This document shows positions 36,011-49,744 of a stretch of 64,000 nt of DNA, one piece after another. The DNA is from Gracilinanus agilis (lineage: Eukaryota): assembly GCF_016433145.1 (NCBI RefSeq), contig NC_058133.1, positions 429,563,511 through 429,627,510 on the forward strand. The letters run 5' to 3'. Numbering within the stretch: position 1 is the first letter of the stretch; the number at the start of each line of letters is the position of its first letter. Under the pieces are notes generated by a model, which made no database searches, was not told where the DNA came from, and was given only the letters and a program-made list of their open reading frames with translations. The translations under genes were made by a program, and so were the position numbers.

Positions 36011-37329
36011 CTTCTTGTCAAATATGTTTTTTTGGTGATGGAGTTTGGGGAAGTGGGTGGGATGTGGGGGGAGTGAAAAAAAAAAAACAACAACAACTTG
36101 ACCTTCAGGTTGTAGAGCCCAGGTAATTTGTTACATAGAAGAATGAATGGCCCAAATTTATCCCAGATGAGTCCAGGCCACCACAGCTTGAAAAAATAGT
36201 TAAATTAGTTTTTATATGGGCTCCACAGTTTTCTAATCCCCTTAAGAGGATTGAATTCTCTGCCATTTGGCTCCAGCCTCTATTGATGCTATTCTCTTAG
36301 TTATAGCGAAGGTCCCCTATACTTCAATTCCTTTAGCCACTAACAGTCAGATTAGCTTTAACACAGAAATATTTACTCAAAACTATAATCCTAAATAATC
36401 CCCCATCCCCTTTGTACATTTGTAGATTATTTTTCAGAGCATAGTCCCAGTCCCAAGTCTAAAATATCTCTGTGGCTGGCGTTCTAGGCATGCAGGTTTC
36501 TCAGGGCTTCTTTTGTGATAATGTGATTAAATCTACCCTTTTTTCCCCCTTATACTTTCACACAGACTGGTTGGCTGTACCACCCTGCCCACAATCCTGG
36601 CTCCAAGATTGCACTGGCTCAAATTCCCTGTCCTTGGAAACACCTCCAGCACCTGATGCTGAGGACAGACAATGCAAAGCAGAAACAACCCAGCTGGAAG
36701 CCCATTTCACAGAGCAAGGATAAAAGAGAAGCAGAGGAAGGAGATGCTTTCTTCTCTTACCAGTTCAGTTCTGGATAGCATCACTCTGAGGGAAGGGATG
36801 TTTACCCTTCAGATGCAGGAGATGAGAACAGCTAAAGAGAAGAGCAGAGAACAGAAAGAAAAGAGAGGGAATAGTTCAGTCGAGTCAATTTTAAAGATAT
36901 AGTCAGCCATCGTAGATGGCTACTTGAACTCACCTGTAGAGGACGTAGCAGTATCCATGTTAAAAAAATATATCACATTCAGGCAAGTCCAAGTTACAAA
37001 AAGATGAAATTGAGGCACTGAGAGGTTAAGTCACTTTCTCGTGGTTGCAGAACAAGTTAGTGTTAGAGGCGGACACAAACTTGGGTTCCCTTTGTATTTT
37101 TGTCTCTGTATCAATCTGGTTTTCTCTTTTTCCACTATATATGACTATTGCTTGTTGTACAAATATATGTGTATTTATTTGCTGCATATACATGTGCAAA
37201 AGAACATAATCATATATGTATATATACATGCAGGTATGTGTGTATGCATACATACACCATGTGTCTACTCAGAAATGGCTTTTGGTCTTTTTTCTTTTCT
37301 CTGTTCTTCATAGTCTTTGAAACGCTTTA

Positions 37330-38100
37330 ATTTAGAGCCATCTGCAAATTCTATCTATAAATCTTCATTTGGGTTATTTGCCAAAAGATATTAGTGCAGT
37401 CTAATTTGAGCAACCATATTGGCAGCACCCTGCTAGGCACCTCCTCTTACTGCAGTCTGTTGCCATTCATCATCACCCAGAGAGTTGGAACCTTCAGCCA
37501 TTTTTCAAGGCAGGTGATTTTATTTGTATAGATGCCATTTGAGCTAATTTTACAAGTAAGATTCCATGAGATACCATCAAATGCTTTGTTAAATTCCAAA
37601 TTGATAACATCTGCTACATTCCCTTTATTGACTAATTTTGTTATTCTATCAAAAAGCCAACATATTTTGTTCTTTATAAACCTTTGCTACTTATTGCCCA
37701 TGATAGCAGATGACACTTAGAGTTATATATTAGCATTTCTTTTTTTTTAAACCCTTGTACTTTGGTGTATTGTCTCATAGGTGGAAGATTGGTAAGGTTG
37801 GGCAATGAGGGTCAAGTGACTTGCCCAGGGTCACACAGCTGGGAAGTGGCTGAGGCCGGGTTTGAACCTAGGACCTCCTGTCTCTAGGCCTGACTCTCAC
37901 TCCACTGAGCTACCCAGCTGCCCAGCATTTCTTTTTTTTAAGTTTTCTTCAGTTGTTCTACTGAGATTATTGCATGATGGTAGTATCTAAGATAATTCCT
38001 TAAAATTTCTCTGTTTCAATTTATTTAAAAACCAATATCAAGTCCTTCCAGTGATTTATTCTACATTGTATTCCTTAATAAAATGCATTAATCTACACCA
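37330..38100 (-). mobile_element. L3/CR1 reverse-transcriptase fragment, antisense, interrupted by a SINE
   Basis: Minus-strand translations WLKVPTLWVMMNG and IEFADGSKL match CR1 RT WL.GR.QRV.ING and KFADDTKL; aacaaagcatttgatggtatctcatgg matches the FSKAFD.V.H region. Confidence 0.7.
37748..37923 (-). mobile_element. Young SINE1_Mdo-type SINE
   Basis: Full-length copy starting gggcagctgggtagctcagtggagtgagag; TSD agcatttctttttttt at ~37732 and 37924. Confidence 0.95.
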
Positions 38101-40559
38101 AAAGTTTGTTCCTGAAGAGGAAGAGACCTGGAATTATCAAATATTAAGCACAACCTCAGTTGTGTCCTACCACACAGGAAAAAGTATACACATACTGCCC
38201 ACATTGTTATTAAGATTCTAACATAAGTTAGTACATAGGGACTAATCATCAGAAGACTAGGCACCAAGTTTGAATTTTTTGTTTTATAGTGCATGAACTT
38301 ATCTACTTATCATATGATCCATTTAAATGGTCTTTCCCCTCTTCTCTGAAAGAGAAGAATCTTATTCATTTTTAGTGGTTGTTTATTTATTCTGCCCCTA
38401 AACAGTTGGATTTTGTTTCTTGGATAATAGAGTGTTGCTCAACTTAAACATGAGCATTACCTCAGGAAAGTTGTTGAAGTTCCCCATATTTCTAATAAAA
38501 ATAAATATATTTCTACAAGTAAAAATGATAGAACTTCAATTATACTGCCCCACACACTTTATTTTATTTTTATTTCAAATTTTGCTAATTCCCATAATAA
38601 GGTATAGGGAACCCAAGCCCCGGGATTAGCGGTGTATCCAAGATCATTGACCTTACTTCCGGTTGAATTCCTGTAGACATTATTCAAGGGGAACAAACTC
38701 TATTGAGAAGAGGCCCACCATTGTTACAAACTACCAATGAAGGTGAAAAAAAAACCAAGGTACTTAATGAAAAGCAATCTCTTGGGAATTTTAAGCCAAA
38801 GAGTCCAGAACACAGTCATCATCAAGAGGAGCAATCCTGGAAGAAATGAAACCACATAATTGCCTCTGAAGCTCCTGTAGCCTGAACCTCCTCAGCAATC
38901 ACTGATACTGAAGACCCAGAAGGAAGAATTTTTGAAACCAAAACTTATTGCACTATCCAGTGGTTCAATATTTAAAAAAACCACCCTGATATGTTAGTTT
39001 TGTTTTATTTTTGGTGGAGATGGTTCTATAGAACATAGTCAGGATCTATTTTGCTTTTCTTTTTTTTCTAGAAGTAAACAATGTTTTGCACATAGAAAGC
39101 ACTTAATCATTTTTTTATTCATTCAATGTACCACACACACATCCCAAATTTTATTGTTCATTCAATAAATATTTAGCAGGTATTTAATGTACAAAATACA
39201 GTGCTAGGCACTTTATGTAACAAGAATGGCATCTTAATGAACTACTGCTATGTCATTTCCCTTCCTAAAAATTTTGTCTTTATGCTCCAGATATAAGAAC
39301 TGTTCTTTGAAATACTCAGAATCTAAGGGTGGCTAAAATAAGATTAAAAAGAAGTAATAATTTAATGTTATAAGCAGAAGAAAAAAAAGGATAAGGGTTG
39401 AGCATAACAGGCTAGTAGAATGTGAGAAAATTACAGAACAGAGTTGAATGCTGAAGAATATATAGATTATATGATAGAGATTAATAATGCTATAGTACAA
39501 ATTAGCTTTTTAGACTGCTTATGGTTTTTCTGGCTTGGATAGCATGTTTTGATAGGAAAATCTTACATGCACAAAATAGAAGGTGATTTTTCTCTGTTAT
39601 CTTTGCTCTTTTGGTTTAGCAGTAACCTAAGGAGAAAATGACTCCAAATATCAATAGATTATACTGAGACTGGGGAATTGTGTCTGAATATCACTACACA
39701 ATTCATGCTGAGAGATAGCAGTATATGCATTATAATACCCAAGAAGAAGACGACTAGATTAGGAGATTGATGAAACTGTCTGTGCATTTTTATTTTCTTT
39801 ATTGCTACTGCTCATTTGTAATAGTTTTAATAATGCAAAATGTACTTTAAAATCAACTGAAGAATGGATGAATTATACTTGAAATATGGCCTCTGTTCCC
39901 TCCTTCCAAAATAAAGGGTTATAATATAGAATATAAAATTTCTGGACAGCAGATAAATTCCAGATACAGCAACAGCTTTGTTTCTGACTTCTCCAACATA
40001 AGCTACAGTTCTAATATAAAAAATACATTTGTACTTCTTTTTGTATATTTTTAAATAACATTTTAATCACTTATAATATGGGAATAAAATCTAAAGATTA
40101 TTATCTCAGAAGTAACTTAAATGCAGCTTCAGAATAAGAAAATCTAGGTTCAAGTTGTGCCACTAATACATATTAGTAATGTGACCTTGGAAAGTCACAG
40201 CCCCCTGCAACTCTAAAGAGAAGTAGAGCACATTCATCTGTTTTGTCTTAGGGGATTTTCCTCCCTAGAATTTACCTATTACAATGAAATCACAGTTCTA
40301 GTACTGTTTCGTAATAACATTAAAACAAAACAAAAATCACAACTCCTGTGCAGGATTTTTATGATGACTAAATAAGTCAACAGTGATAAAATCCTTTGCA
40401 AAATTTAAAACATGTAGATACCAGTTATTCTTTCCTATCCACACTTCTTTATTTTGGGTTTTCTGGAGAAAAGAAGGTGGGAGAAACATTAGAAGAAAGT
40501 CAATTCCATTGAACATTTGCAATTTTATAACTTCTGTTCCTGACATATTGATGTTTTCT

Positions 40560-41200
40560 TTATAAAATAGATTTGTGATTATCCTTTGTTTTATTTTCTA
40601 GATTTATTTCTATATATGACTTCTCCTTTATGCCCTCCCAGAGAGTCAACCATTTTTAAAATGAATGTTTTTAATGAAAATGAGGAAGAAAAGAGAAAAA
40701 TGTAGGAAAACTAAGCAATATATTGAAAAGATTAGATGTTATATTCAATGTTTTACAACCATTGGCCTCCATCTCTATAAAATGCAGGAAAGTATCTTTT
40801 TATATTGCTTAAGGGGAAAATTATTTTATAAAATTTCATAACATTTAGTAGCACTTTTTGAATATTTTTCAATTTATATTACTATAATCATTGTGAATAT
40901 TGCTTTTATATCTTGCTTGCTTCACTTTGCATCAGTTCATATAAATCATTCTATGATTATCTGTATTCATCATGGATCTTATTTCTCTTTCTTATAGCAC
41001 AATAATATTTGCTCATACTCATGTGTAATTATCATAATTAGTAAAACCAGTTGTTTAAATTATGGATATCTAATTTGTTTCTAAAACTTTGCTATTACAA
41101 AAAGCACTGTTATAAGTATTATTTTTATGGATGCCTTATTTTAGTCATCAACCTCCTTGGGTATAGTCTATTTAATTTTGAATTCTTCTTGGTTACTTAT
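40560..41200 (-). mobile_element. L1-derived 3' end (WALLSI4/HAL1-like), antisense
   Basis: cttgcttcactttgcatcagttcatataaatc; tcttatagcacaataatatt; gctattacaaaaagcactgttataa. Confidence 0.55.
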
Positions 41201-42919
41201 AACATTCTAATTTTGATTATTGATATTTTTGTATATTATTTATTATCCCTACTGGATTATAATCTCTTTTCAGGAAGGGTCCATGTCTCATTTCCCTCTA
41301 TCTCCTTCCCAAAGATATATCATTCAGATATCAATCACTCAGAATAGAGCCTATTTGTGGTGATTTGCTGAATAAAGGAATCAAATAATTTGACTTCAAT
41401 TGCTCCTTACCTCAATTACCAAACTCATTAAAATTTCTTCATAAAAATATTAAGAATGACTCCACAATCAGATTTTGGAGAACACTATTTCACAAATATA
41501 TTGATATAAAATTAATCTAATAAGCTGCATAGATACATCTATATTTATTTTGGCATTTGGTTTAATACCAAAGTATAACTAGGTAAAGAAAAAATTTTCT
41601 TAAAGGTTTACATAATGCTTCATATGATTATATAATATTTGGGTTAGTAAATATATAGCAGGCCTTAGAATTAGGAAAATTTCAGTTCAAGTCCTTTCCC
41701 TGTCTCATATTAGCTATAGAACTCCTCCAAGCAACTCTCTATGAATATAAGGTGCTGAGCATTTGCTGACTTATAGGGTGAGAGAGCGTTCTCTTCACTA
41801 GGCATTCCCTAAACAAATGACTTTACCAAATTCCAACAAAACAAAATCTAGTACTTGAAAAAGAGAATTTATTCAAGCCCCTGAGAAAAACTCTGTAATT
41901 TATGTCTATTGCGATTATATAACATAGCTAGCTAAATAATGTCATCCTAAACAAAAATGTTAAATATTTAGCTGAGATTTAGCTATGTTTGCCTTCTGAA
42001 GCCCAGTGGGTGTCAAGAGCTTAGTACTAACTTTATCACTTATAACATACTTTATTTATGATTTCTAAAAAATTATTTAACTTCTCTAACCCACCACTCC
42101 TCAATTTTCTTATAATAAAATGAAAAATTCTTATTTATTAAGATTGCTAAATATTAAAATATCTAGTATAAATATGTTTGTTTAAATTAAGTAAAGGAAG
42201 TTTTATGAAGAAATTGAATAATGAGTAGAGTTTAGTAGGGTTTTCTTTAAATACCTTACTTTTATCTTATTTGAATGGTCCTGTCATATAAAGACTTTTA
42301 TTGGAACATTTCTTTGGAGCCTAAACTTTTCTAACTCAAAGAATGCATTTCCTCCTAGGAATGTTTATGGCTCTGGGTTCCAGGACAGCTTATCATTGAA
42401 GAGCACTTACAGATGACAATCAGTATTCAGCAAATACAGATGCTTAGAATTATTGACTGTCACATGTACTGCCTTGCTTCTGAAATAATCCCCTGATGAT
42501 TTCAAAATCCTTCTCTCCAAGATGTTTTTCTTTCACAAGGGAGGAGATGAGCAGATAGAATCAGCTTCAGAGTCTGTCTTCAGGGAAACATAAATACCTA
42601 TTTCCTGGGTGATTCTGGTTCTGATAGCATTTGTGGTTGTCAGGCATGGGACTTGTTTGAGTTATCTATCTTTGGCATCAAATGTCATAGTTCATGGTAT
42701 ACTTTCCCCCCACCCAACCCCTACCAAAAAAAAAAGTAGATATTGCACTACAGAAAACAAGAATGGCAAGAACTGTTGGATTAGATTGTATATACATAAA
42801 GGAAGTTGGAGCTGGAATTACCCAATACTGTTGGCATATATAGAGAAATTATAGATATTTGAAAGATTAAACTGAATGAAAGAATGTAGATGTTTTTGAA
42901 AGATGGTCAGAATGCCAGC

Positions 42920-43555
42920 CCTTTGATCCAGCCATACCACTGCTGGGTTCGTACCCCAAAGAGATAATAAGGAAAAAGACTTGTACAAAAATATTCATAG
43001 CCACCCTCTTTGTCATGGCAAAAAAATGGGAAAATAAGATGGTGTCCATTGATTGGGGAATGGCTGAACAAATTGTGATATCTGATGGTGATGGAATATA
43101 CTATAATGCTGAAAGGAATGATGAACTGGAGGAATTCCATGTGAACAGGAATGACCTCCAGGAATCAATGCAGAGTGAAAGGAGCAGAACCAGGAGAACT
43201 TTGTACTCAGAAACTAAACGTTGTGGTGCAATCAAACGTAATAGACTTTTCTACTAATAGCAATGCAATGATCAAGGACAACCCTGAGGAACTTAAGAAA
43301 GAACCCTAGCTGCATTTAGAAAAAGAACTGTGGGAGTAAAAAGTCAGAAGAAAAACATATGATAAATCACAAGGTTCAATGGGGATATGATTAGAGTTTG
43401 GCATTAAAGATCACTCTATTCCAAGTATGAATAACATGGAAATAGTTTTTTGAACAATGATACATGTGGAATTGCTCATTGGTTCCAGGAGGAGGTAGGA
43501 GAAAGGGGTGGGAAAAATCATGAACCATGTAGCCATGGAAAAATATTCTAAGTAA
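42920..43555 (+). mobile_element. Younger opossum-type L1, 5'-truncated 3' end
   Basis: cctttgatccagccataccactgctgggttcgtaccccaaagagataataagg; same 3'UTR as the copies at 12.7 kb and 52.1 kb. Confidence 0.9.
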
Positions 43556-44306
43556 ATGATACATTGAAAGAAAAGATGATCAGGATGATCTTAATAAATA
43601 CTGATTTAGAAGCCTACTTATATTCAAAAATCTTTATGAGAATAATTTAACAGATACCAGAGTCACTCTTCATGAAAAATATTAATAAGTCTATGCTGGC
43701 TACTTTAAAGTAAGTTCTTCTTAGATGAAAGTTTTTTACCCCCTTCTCAAATTATTTTTATTGTCTTATCTGGATTTCTTCTTTGTCCTCACTTTTCTAT
43801 GCCAGGTATTTTGTTTATCTATGTACCACTTAAATCCCTTGCCACCTTGTTGAATGTAAAGTGTTTGAGGGCAGGTACTATTTTTCTGTTTTCCTCAAGC
43901 ACTGTCATATACATAGTAATAATTTAATCATTGTTTATTATCTAAATGCTTAATAGTTACACTTCTATTTAGAATCTCCATAGGTACTTTACAAAATGAA
44001 CATAGTCTGATAAGGTTGTATATATACCAAATTTTTGTAAATATAATAACATTTCAAATCTAGTAATCATTTTAGTGATTTAATAAGAATGTAGGGTATT
44101 CCTTTTGCACAGAAAAAATAAAAGTTCATTTATAAAGAAATCAGTTTCTACCCTCAAATCACTTTTTTTGAAAAATAAGATTTTACCTATTGAATTTACT
44201 TGAAGTAAGGAAAGCCTGTCTAGAAATTGAACTACATAATGGAGTGACAATTAAAAGCTTGAAAGAGATATTCTTGAAATGAGGTGTGAAATCTAGGACA
44301 TTACTT

Positions 44307-44547
44307 GTTATTCATTTATTTCAGTCATGTTTGATTCTTCATGAACACATTAGCAGTTTTCTTATCAGAGATACTGCAATGATTTGCCATTTCCTTCTCT
44401 GGCTCATTTTGCATCTGAGGAAACTGAGACAAAAAGACTTAAGTGATTTGCCCAGGATCAAAAGCCAGTATGACAATGAAGTCAAATTTGAACTCTGGTC
44501 TTCCTGACTTAAGCCCAGTATTCTATCCACTGGACCACCTAGCTGCC
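44307..44547 (-). mobile_element. MAR1-type SINE
   Basis: ttcagtcatgtttgattcttcatga...gatttgccatttccttctc...ccactggaccacctagctgccc. Confidence 0.85.
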
Positions 44548-45716
44548 CACTACATAACAGGTGTAAATTAGATTGAATTAGGAAGTGAATGAACATGAAA
44601 ATGAGATTTTAGGTACAATATTTGGAAACTTAACTATCCTGTACTATTTTCCTCCATCTTCCAAGTTCTGGTAACATTCTATTCCAGGTAAGACCAATGT
44701 CCCTGAAGAAATCCTTTTTGAAAGGAGTTTGCTCTGCTAAGCCATAAAAATCTTATTGCAATATGGGCAACTTTTGCATTTCTGCATACTGCCTGCTGAT
44801 CAGAACCTATTTAAATCCTCTCTGGAATGATTAACAAGGTACTTCTTCATCCGTCTACTACTCAAACAGTGTGGTAATCCCATGCTCCTGGTGGGCCATT
44901 TGATAATCTGTATGACTGAACTTTCTCCAAATCATTTCTGCTTATCTCTGTAATAGGCATCCAATGAAATCCCATCTTTCAAATTCTGAACATTTAGATA
45001 ATTTACAACTTGGAAGGAAAATGCCCCCCTCAGGCAACATAATAGCATCTCTCTCATTCTGGTTATTCATGTGCCAGGCTCATGTCCTGATCACAGAATT
45101 TAATGAAGTATCATTTCACATCAACATCTGTAGGATAATAGCATATTATTTTCTATTCCACAATACTTCCTTCTTGCCTTCCACTCCCCCAAAGGGATTA
45201 AACAAGGTTAAGGGCAAAGCTTTAAACTTCACAGTGGGGAGAATCAAATTATACAAGAGAAATCCAAGGCAAATTAATGTTTGGGCATATTCCAATGAAC
45301 AAAAGCAACAATATCACTTCTAATTTAAACCAGAGTTAGCAAAAATAGCAAAACCAAGGGTGTTCTTAGGTTTTCTCTTCTCAAAGAATCACAGGGATGG
45401 AAGATAGCTCAATAAGTCTTAAAGTACAGTTTCATTGAACCAAGTATATTTTATCCTTCTCTCTAAATGTTTTGCTAAATGACCAGAACTCTGGCTCAAG
45501 AATTCTCAAGCAGTAATGTCAACTCTAATCATGATAGATACCACAATGTAGTACAAACCAGTATTCTAGAATGTGACTGTGCTATTCTCTAGAAATTTTT
45601 AAGAGGAGTCCAGTGGGTGGGACAGCAAGAAACACTCTCAGGTCCCAAAGAAATAATATAACAACAACACACATCACTGTGTTTACTGCTATACTATAGC
45701 ACAAATTGGTAAGTAC

Positions 45717-45916
45717 TTTTTTTTAATTCTTACCTTCCATCTTAGAATCAATACTATGTATTGGTCCCAAGGTAGAAGAGTGGTTAGGGCTAAGTAATCA
45801 GAATTAACTGACTTGTCCAGGGTCACACAGGTAGGAAGTATGTGAGGCCATATTTGAAGCCAGGACTTCAAGTCTCTATGCCTGGCTTTCAATCCACTGA
45901 GTCACCTAGTTGTCCC
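45717..45916 (-). mobile_element. Didelphid SINE1/2-type CORE-SINE
   Basis: cttaccttccatcttagaatcaatact...caatccactgagtcacctagttgtccc. Confidence 0.85.
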
Positions 45917-46659
45917 TGCAAATACATTTTTAAAAATCAATTTCCTTTTAGCTTCTTAACATAGATACAAGAAAGTACATGCTGAGGTGGCCTTAGTATC
46001 AAGAAAACCAAGGATCAATTCCTGGTTTATACATACTAGCCCTTTAACCATTAGCAAATCACCTTAACTATCAGTATCACAGCAAATTATCTGAGACTAC
46101 AAATTATAGATAAATCATAGATCCACATCAGTGCTATTTCCTCACACATGAAATCATAGGAGCATATGTCCCCCAAATAAATCAGCAACCAAAACAGAGC
46201 AGGTGCATATTCATGCAATTGCATTGTCCACAAAGATTTTGAAATCTAGATTTTGAAAGTGAAGGTTTATCCTGAATGACACTCTATCTGATGGTAAGGA
46301 ATCAAATGTTAAGACTGTCATGGTCCCATCCACTCTCTTGCTTATGTCTCCTTAAAAATTCATACACTGCTACAGCAATCCCCTATATGGCAAATCTATG
46401 GGTCATCCCCTCTGTTACTTTTCTGCATTTTCCTGAACTCCAGCAGTGACCAGTACTGGGAATTAATTGGTTTCTCTCAATTTTCCTATAGCTTTTGAGT
46501 CACAGAATTTTTAAACTAAAAGAATCTTGCACTTGGCCTAATTCAACACTTTCATTTCCTAGTTAGAGTTCTAAAGGACAATTTATTCATTGATAGAGAT
46601 TATTAAAGGCAGACTCAATTCTCCCAGCTTTAAGTTACATATTATTAATGTCCTTTCCT

Positions 46660-47950
46660 GTGTTCTTTATGTTATTCAAACCTTTTCAAACCTGAAACTC
46701 CCTTTCTTGTAGAACTTCTCCAAATCTTTTCTGCTTATCTCTGTAAAAGGCATCATATTCATCTAATATTCCACTTCCTTGCATCCTACTTTGCTGAGGA
46801 AACTAAGTCCATCTTGGTTGAGATTTCTAACCTCAATTCCATCTTACTCATTATTTTATAGTGGCACATCTGCTTTCACCTACTTCTTAGTTTACAGAAG
46901 AAGTTAGAACTATTTCTGATTAAATTAATCCCTCTATGCATAATCTGCATCCCAATCAACCAACAAGCTTTTATTTAGTGCCTATGATGTACCAGAAACT
47001 GTCTTGAAACTCTCCACTTAATTCTGCCTGGACACTGTTCCAGTAGCCTTCTCCTTTTTCTCATAAACCCTCTATTTTCTACTCACTATTTTCTTCATTC
47101 TTCCAACAAATTCAGGTCTCTCCAATAATTAAAAAGAATGCCCTCACTTTACATTTCTATTACATCCAGTTAATACCTTCACCGGTTGAAACAAATTGTC
47201 TATATCTGATGTCTCCATTTCACTAACTACCCTGTATTCAATCTTTTACAGGTGGGTTTCTCTCCCTATAACTCTATTGAAATTGCACTCTCAAAAATCA
47301 CCAATTATTTCCTAACCATTAAATCCAAGGGCCTTTATTTTTGGCCCTATCATCCTTTTACTCTCTACAGCTTTTGAAGTTTTTGACCATTCCCTAATGC
47401 AGGATAGTCTTTCATCTTTCAACTTCAAAGACATCACATTTAACTGCTTTTCCCCTACCTCTTTATTTCTTTTCTTTTACATGTCTTCTTTTTGACCCCC
47501 AACCTCTTTGACTTTCTTCTATTTTCTTTTTACATTTTACTATTACCATTACTCTCACAGCTTTAACTATTGTCTCTATGCAGATAATTATCAAATTTAC
47601 ATTTCAAGTTCCTGATCATTCTCTTGAGTTGGAACATCAAATCTCCAATTGTTTCTAGGACTTTTCCACAATTTGATAACAATTGTACTTCCTCTCAATA
47701 TGTCTAATGCTAGTTCAATATCTGTTATCTTAAATATTCCTGACTATTCTATTCCTGTCTGTTACACATTTCACCTATTCTCCTCTGTTTATAACCTTGA
47801 ATTTTTCTACTCTTTCATATGGATAACTTCTTAGGTGCAATCAGTTATCAAGTTTTGTGGATTCCACCTTCATAATGTCTCACATTTGTTCTCCATCGCA
47901 ACCATCACTTTAGTAAAAGTCCTGATTTTCCTTTGCTTCTACACTCCTGT
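46660..47950 (+). mobile_element. L2 ORF2 (RT) fragment
   Basis: ctattgaaattgcactctcaaaaatcaccaattatttcc translates as a decayed STETAL.K.TND motif; followed by AAFD..DH-like cagcttttgaagtttttgaccattcc. Confidence 0.7.
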
Positions 47951-48309
47951 GTTTTAACTTGGAGCATTTTCTCCTATACTTAGATTGCCTTCTTCACCAT
48001 TTTTGCATATTTAATTCCACTTAGTGCAAAATTGAAACCAAGGGGCAAGCCATAACTGATGTGTGACATAAAATCTAAAAAATGGTCACATCAACTATGG
48101 CTGCCAGATATCATACAATGCTCTCTGGCATAAGATGAGAAACATTACCTGTGAGAAGAAAAAATATATATATATATATATATATCATAGCTATTGAGAT
48201 AGCTCCATTCAGACTGGTCACATACCTTCTACCTATTTATTATACACATGTTACATAAAATGGTATACTATAATGTTCTGAGTTGATGCTACCTATATTT
48301 TAATATCCT

Positions 48310-48565
48310 GAGGCAGTGAGATGGCTCAGTGGATAGAGTGATGAGCTTGGAATCAGGAAGACCTGAGTTCAAATCCAACTTTACAGATTTATGTGCTTTG
48401 TGACCGTGGGCAAATCACGTAATATCTGTTTGCCTTATACATTGAAGGAATAAATGATTAGAGAAGGAAATGACAAACCATTCCCATAATTTTTGCCAAA
48501 ATCCTCCCATGGAAGTGATCCATGAGATCATGAAGAGTTGGACATGACTAAATGATTGAACAAAA
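48310..48565 (+). mobile_element. MAR1-type SINE
   Basis: ggcagtgagatggctcagtggatagagtg...gaaggaaatgacaaacca...gacatgactaaatgattgaac. Confidence 0.85.
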
Positions 48566-49744
48566 AATACTTTACTGTAAGAGTTCTGGGTTCATGAACT
48601 CTTCTATAATTTTGGCTTTATATTCTCCAACTAGCATACCATGATAAACACTTAATAAATGTGTGGTTTATTTGTTCATTTATTTAGTGACCTCTTTCTT
48701 TAAATCAAACCAAACCTTATTTCTGAGTTAAAAAAATAAAAACACCATTTCCCATGAATAACTTATGGTAACCAATGTCATTGTTTTATATTAATATTTT
48801 GGATATACCAGTATGTTTCTGTATATTTGCACACATATGTGTAGTGCATGTGTAATGGATCTGTTGTTTGAATGGTGTAGGGAACATCAGGTAAAAAAAA
48901 CATTTCAACTGATGAAATTCTACTAATAAAAACAATTCTATTCTCTAAATATAATTTATACAGTTCCCTAGTACACTGTGAGAACAAATGACTAGCCCAT
49001 GATTAAAATTAGTACACGTTTAAAGCTATATGTCTTTCTAGCTCCATGGCTAATTCTCCATCCATCACATCATTCTGCTTCTGAATATAAAAATACTATT
49101 TTCTACATTACATAGGAGTTAAATCAATTCTATTTGTTCATTTATACCTAAATTGCCCTGTTTTGTATCCTTACAAGATTGTGAATGCTTGACTTCAGTA
49201 AAAGGATCTAATTGAGACTATAAAACTTCATTGTATCTCTTGCAATGCTATGAAACCTTTGGAATGTTTATTATTGTTGATAATGGTAGAGATAAATAAA
49301 ACAGATGATAATTATAAACATGATCATATGGCAAGAATACAAAACACATCCTTAAAATATGAAATTGTTAGGGTTTTTTTCCTAATTTTTTGTAGTTTTA
49401 TGTGTAGAAAATTAGGCATGTTTTCGAGGTGTATTCACTTGTGAGAGTCACCCCATTAAGTTACACTTCTGCATGCCACAACGTACTCTAGTTATTAAAG
49501 TCTAGGACAGGAGCTAAGGTAGGCAAGATGTCCCTCATTGAAGCTTATGAACTTGCCTTCATGGGATATTAATAGTCATATAAACAAAGGAAACAATATT
49601 ACAATACTTTGATATCACTTTGTATAAACATGCTATGTACACTTAAACATTAACATTTGTCACAATTAGCAACTTGATAGAAATTTTTTTTGAATGACAA
49701 TGTATTTCACTGTATTTCCACTGAGCTTGAACCCATTCGAACAA

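Noticed and set aside
37290-37500. Apparent first exon MAEGSNSLGDDEWQQTA and peptide IEFADGSKLKRFKDYEEQRK
   Set aside because: Explained by a decayed antisense L3/CR1 reverse transcriptase (FADDTKL region).
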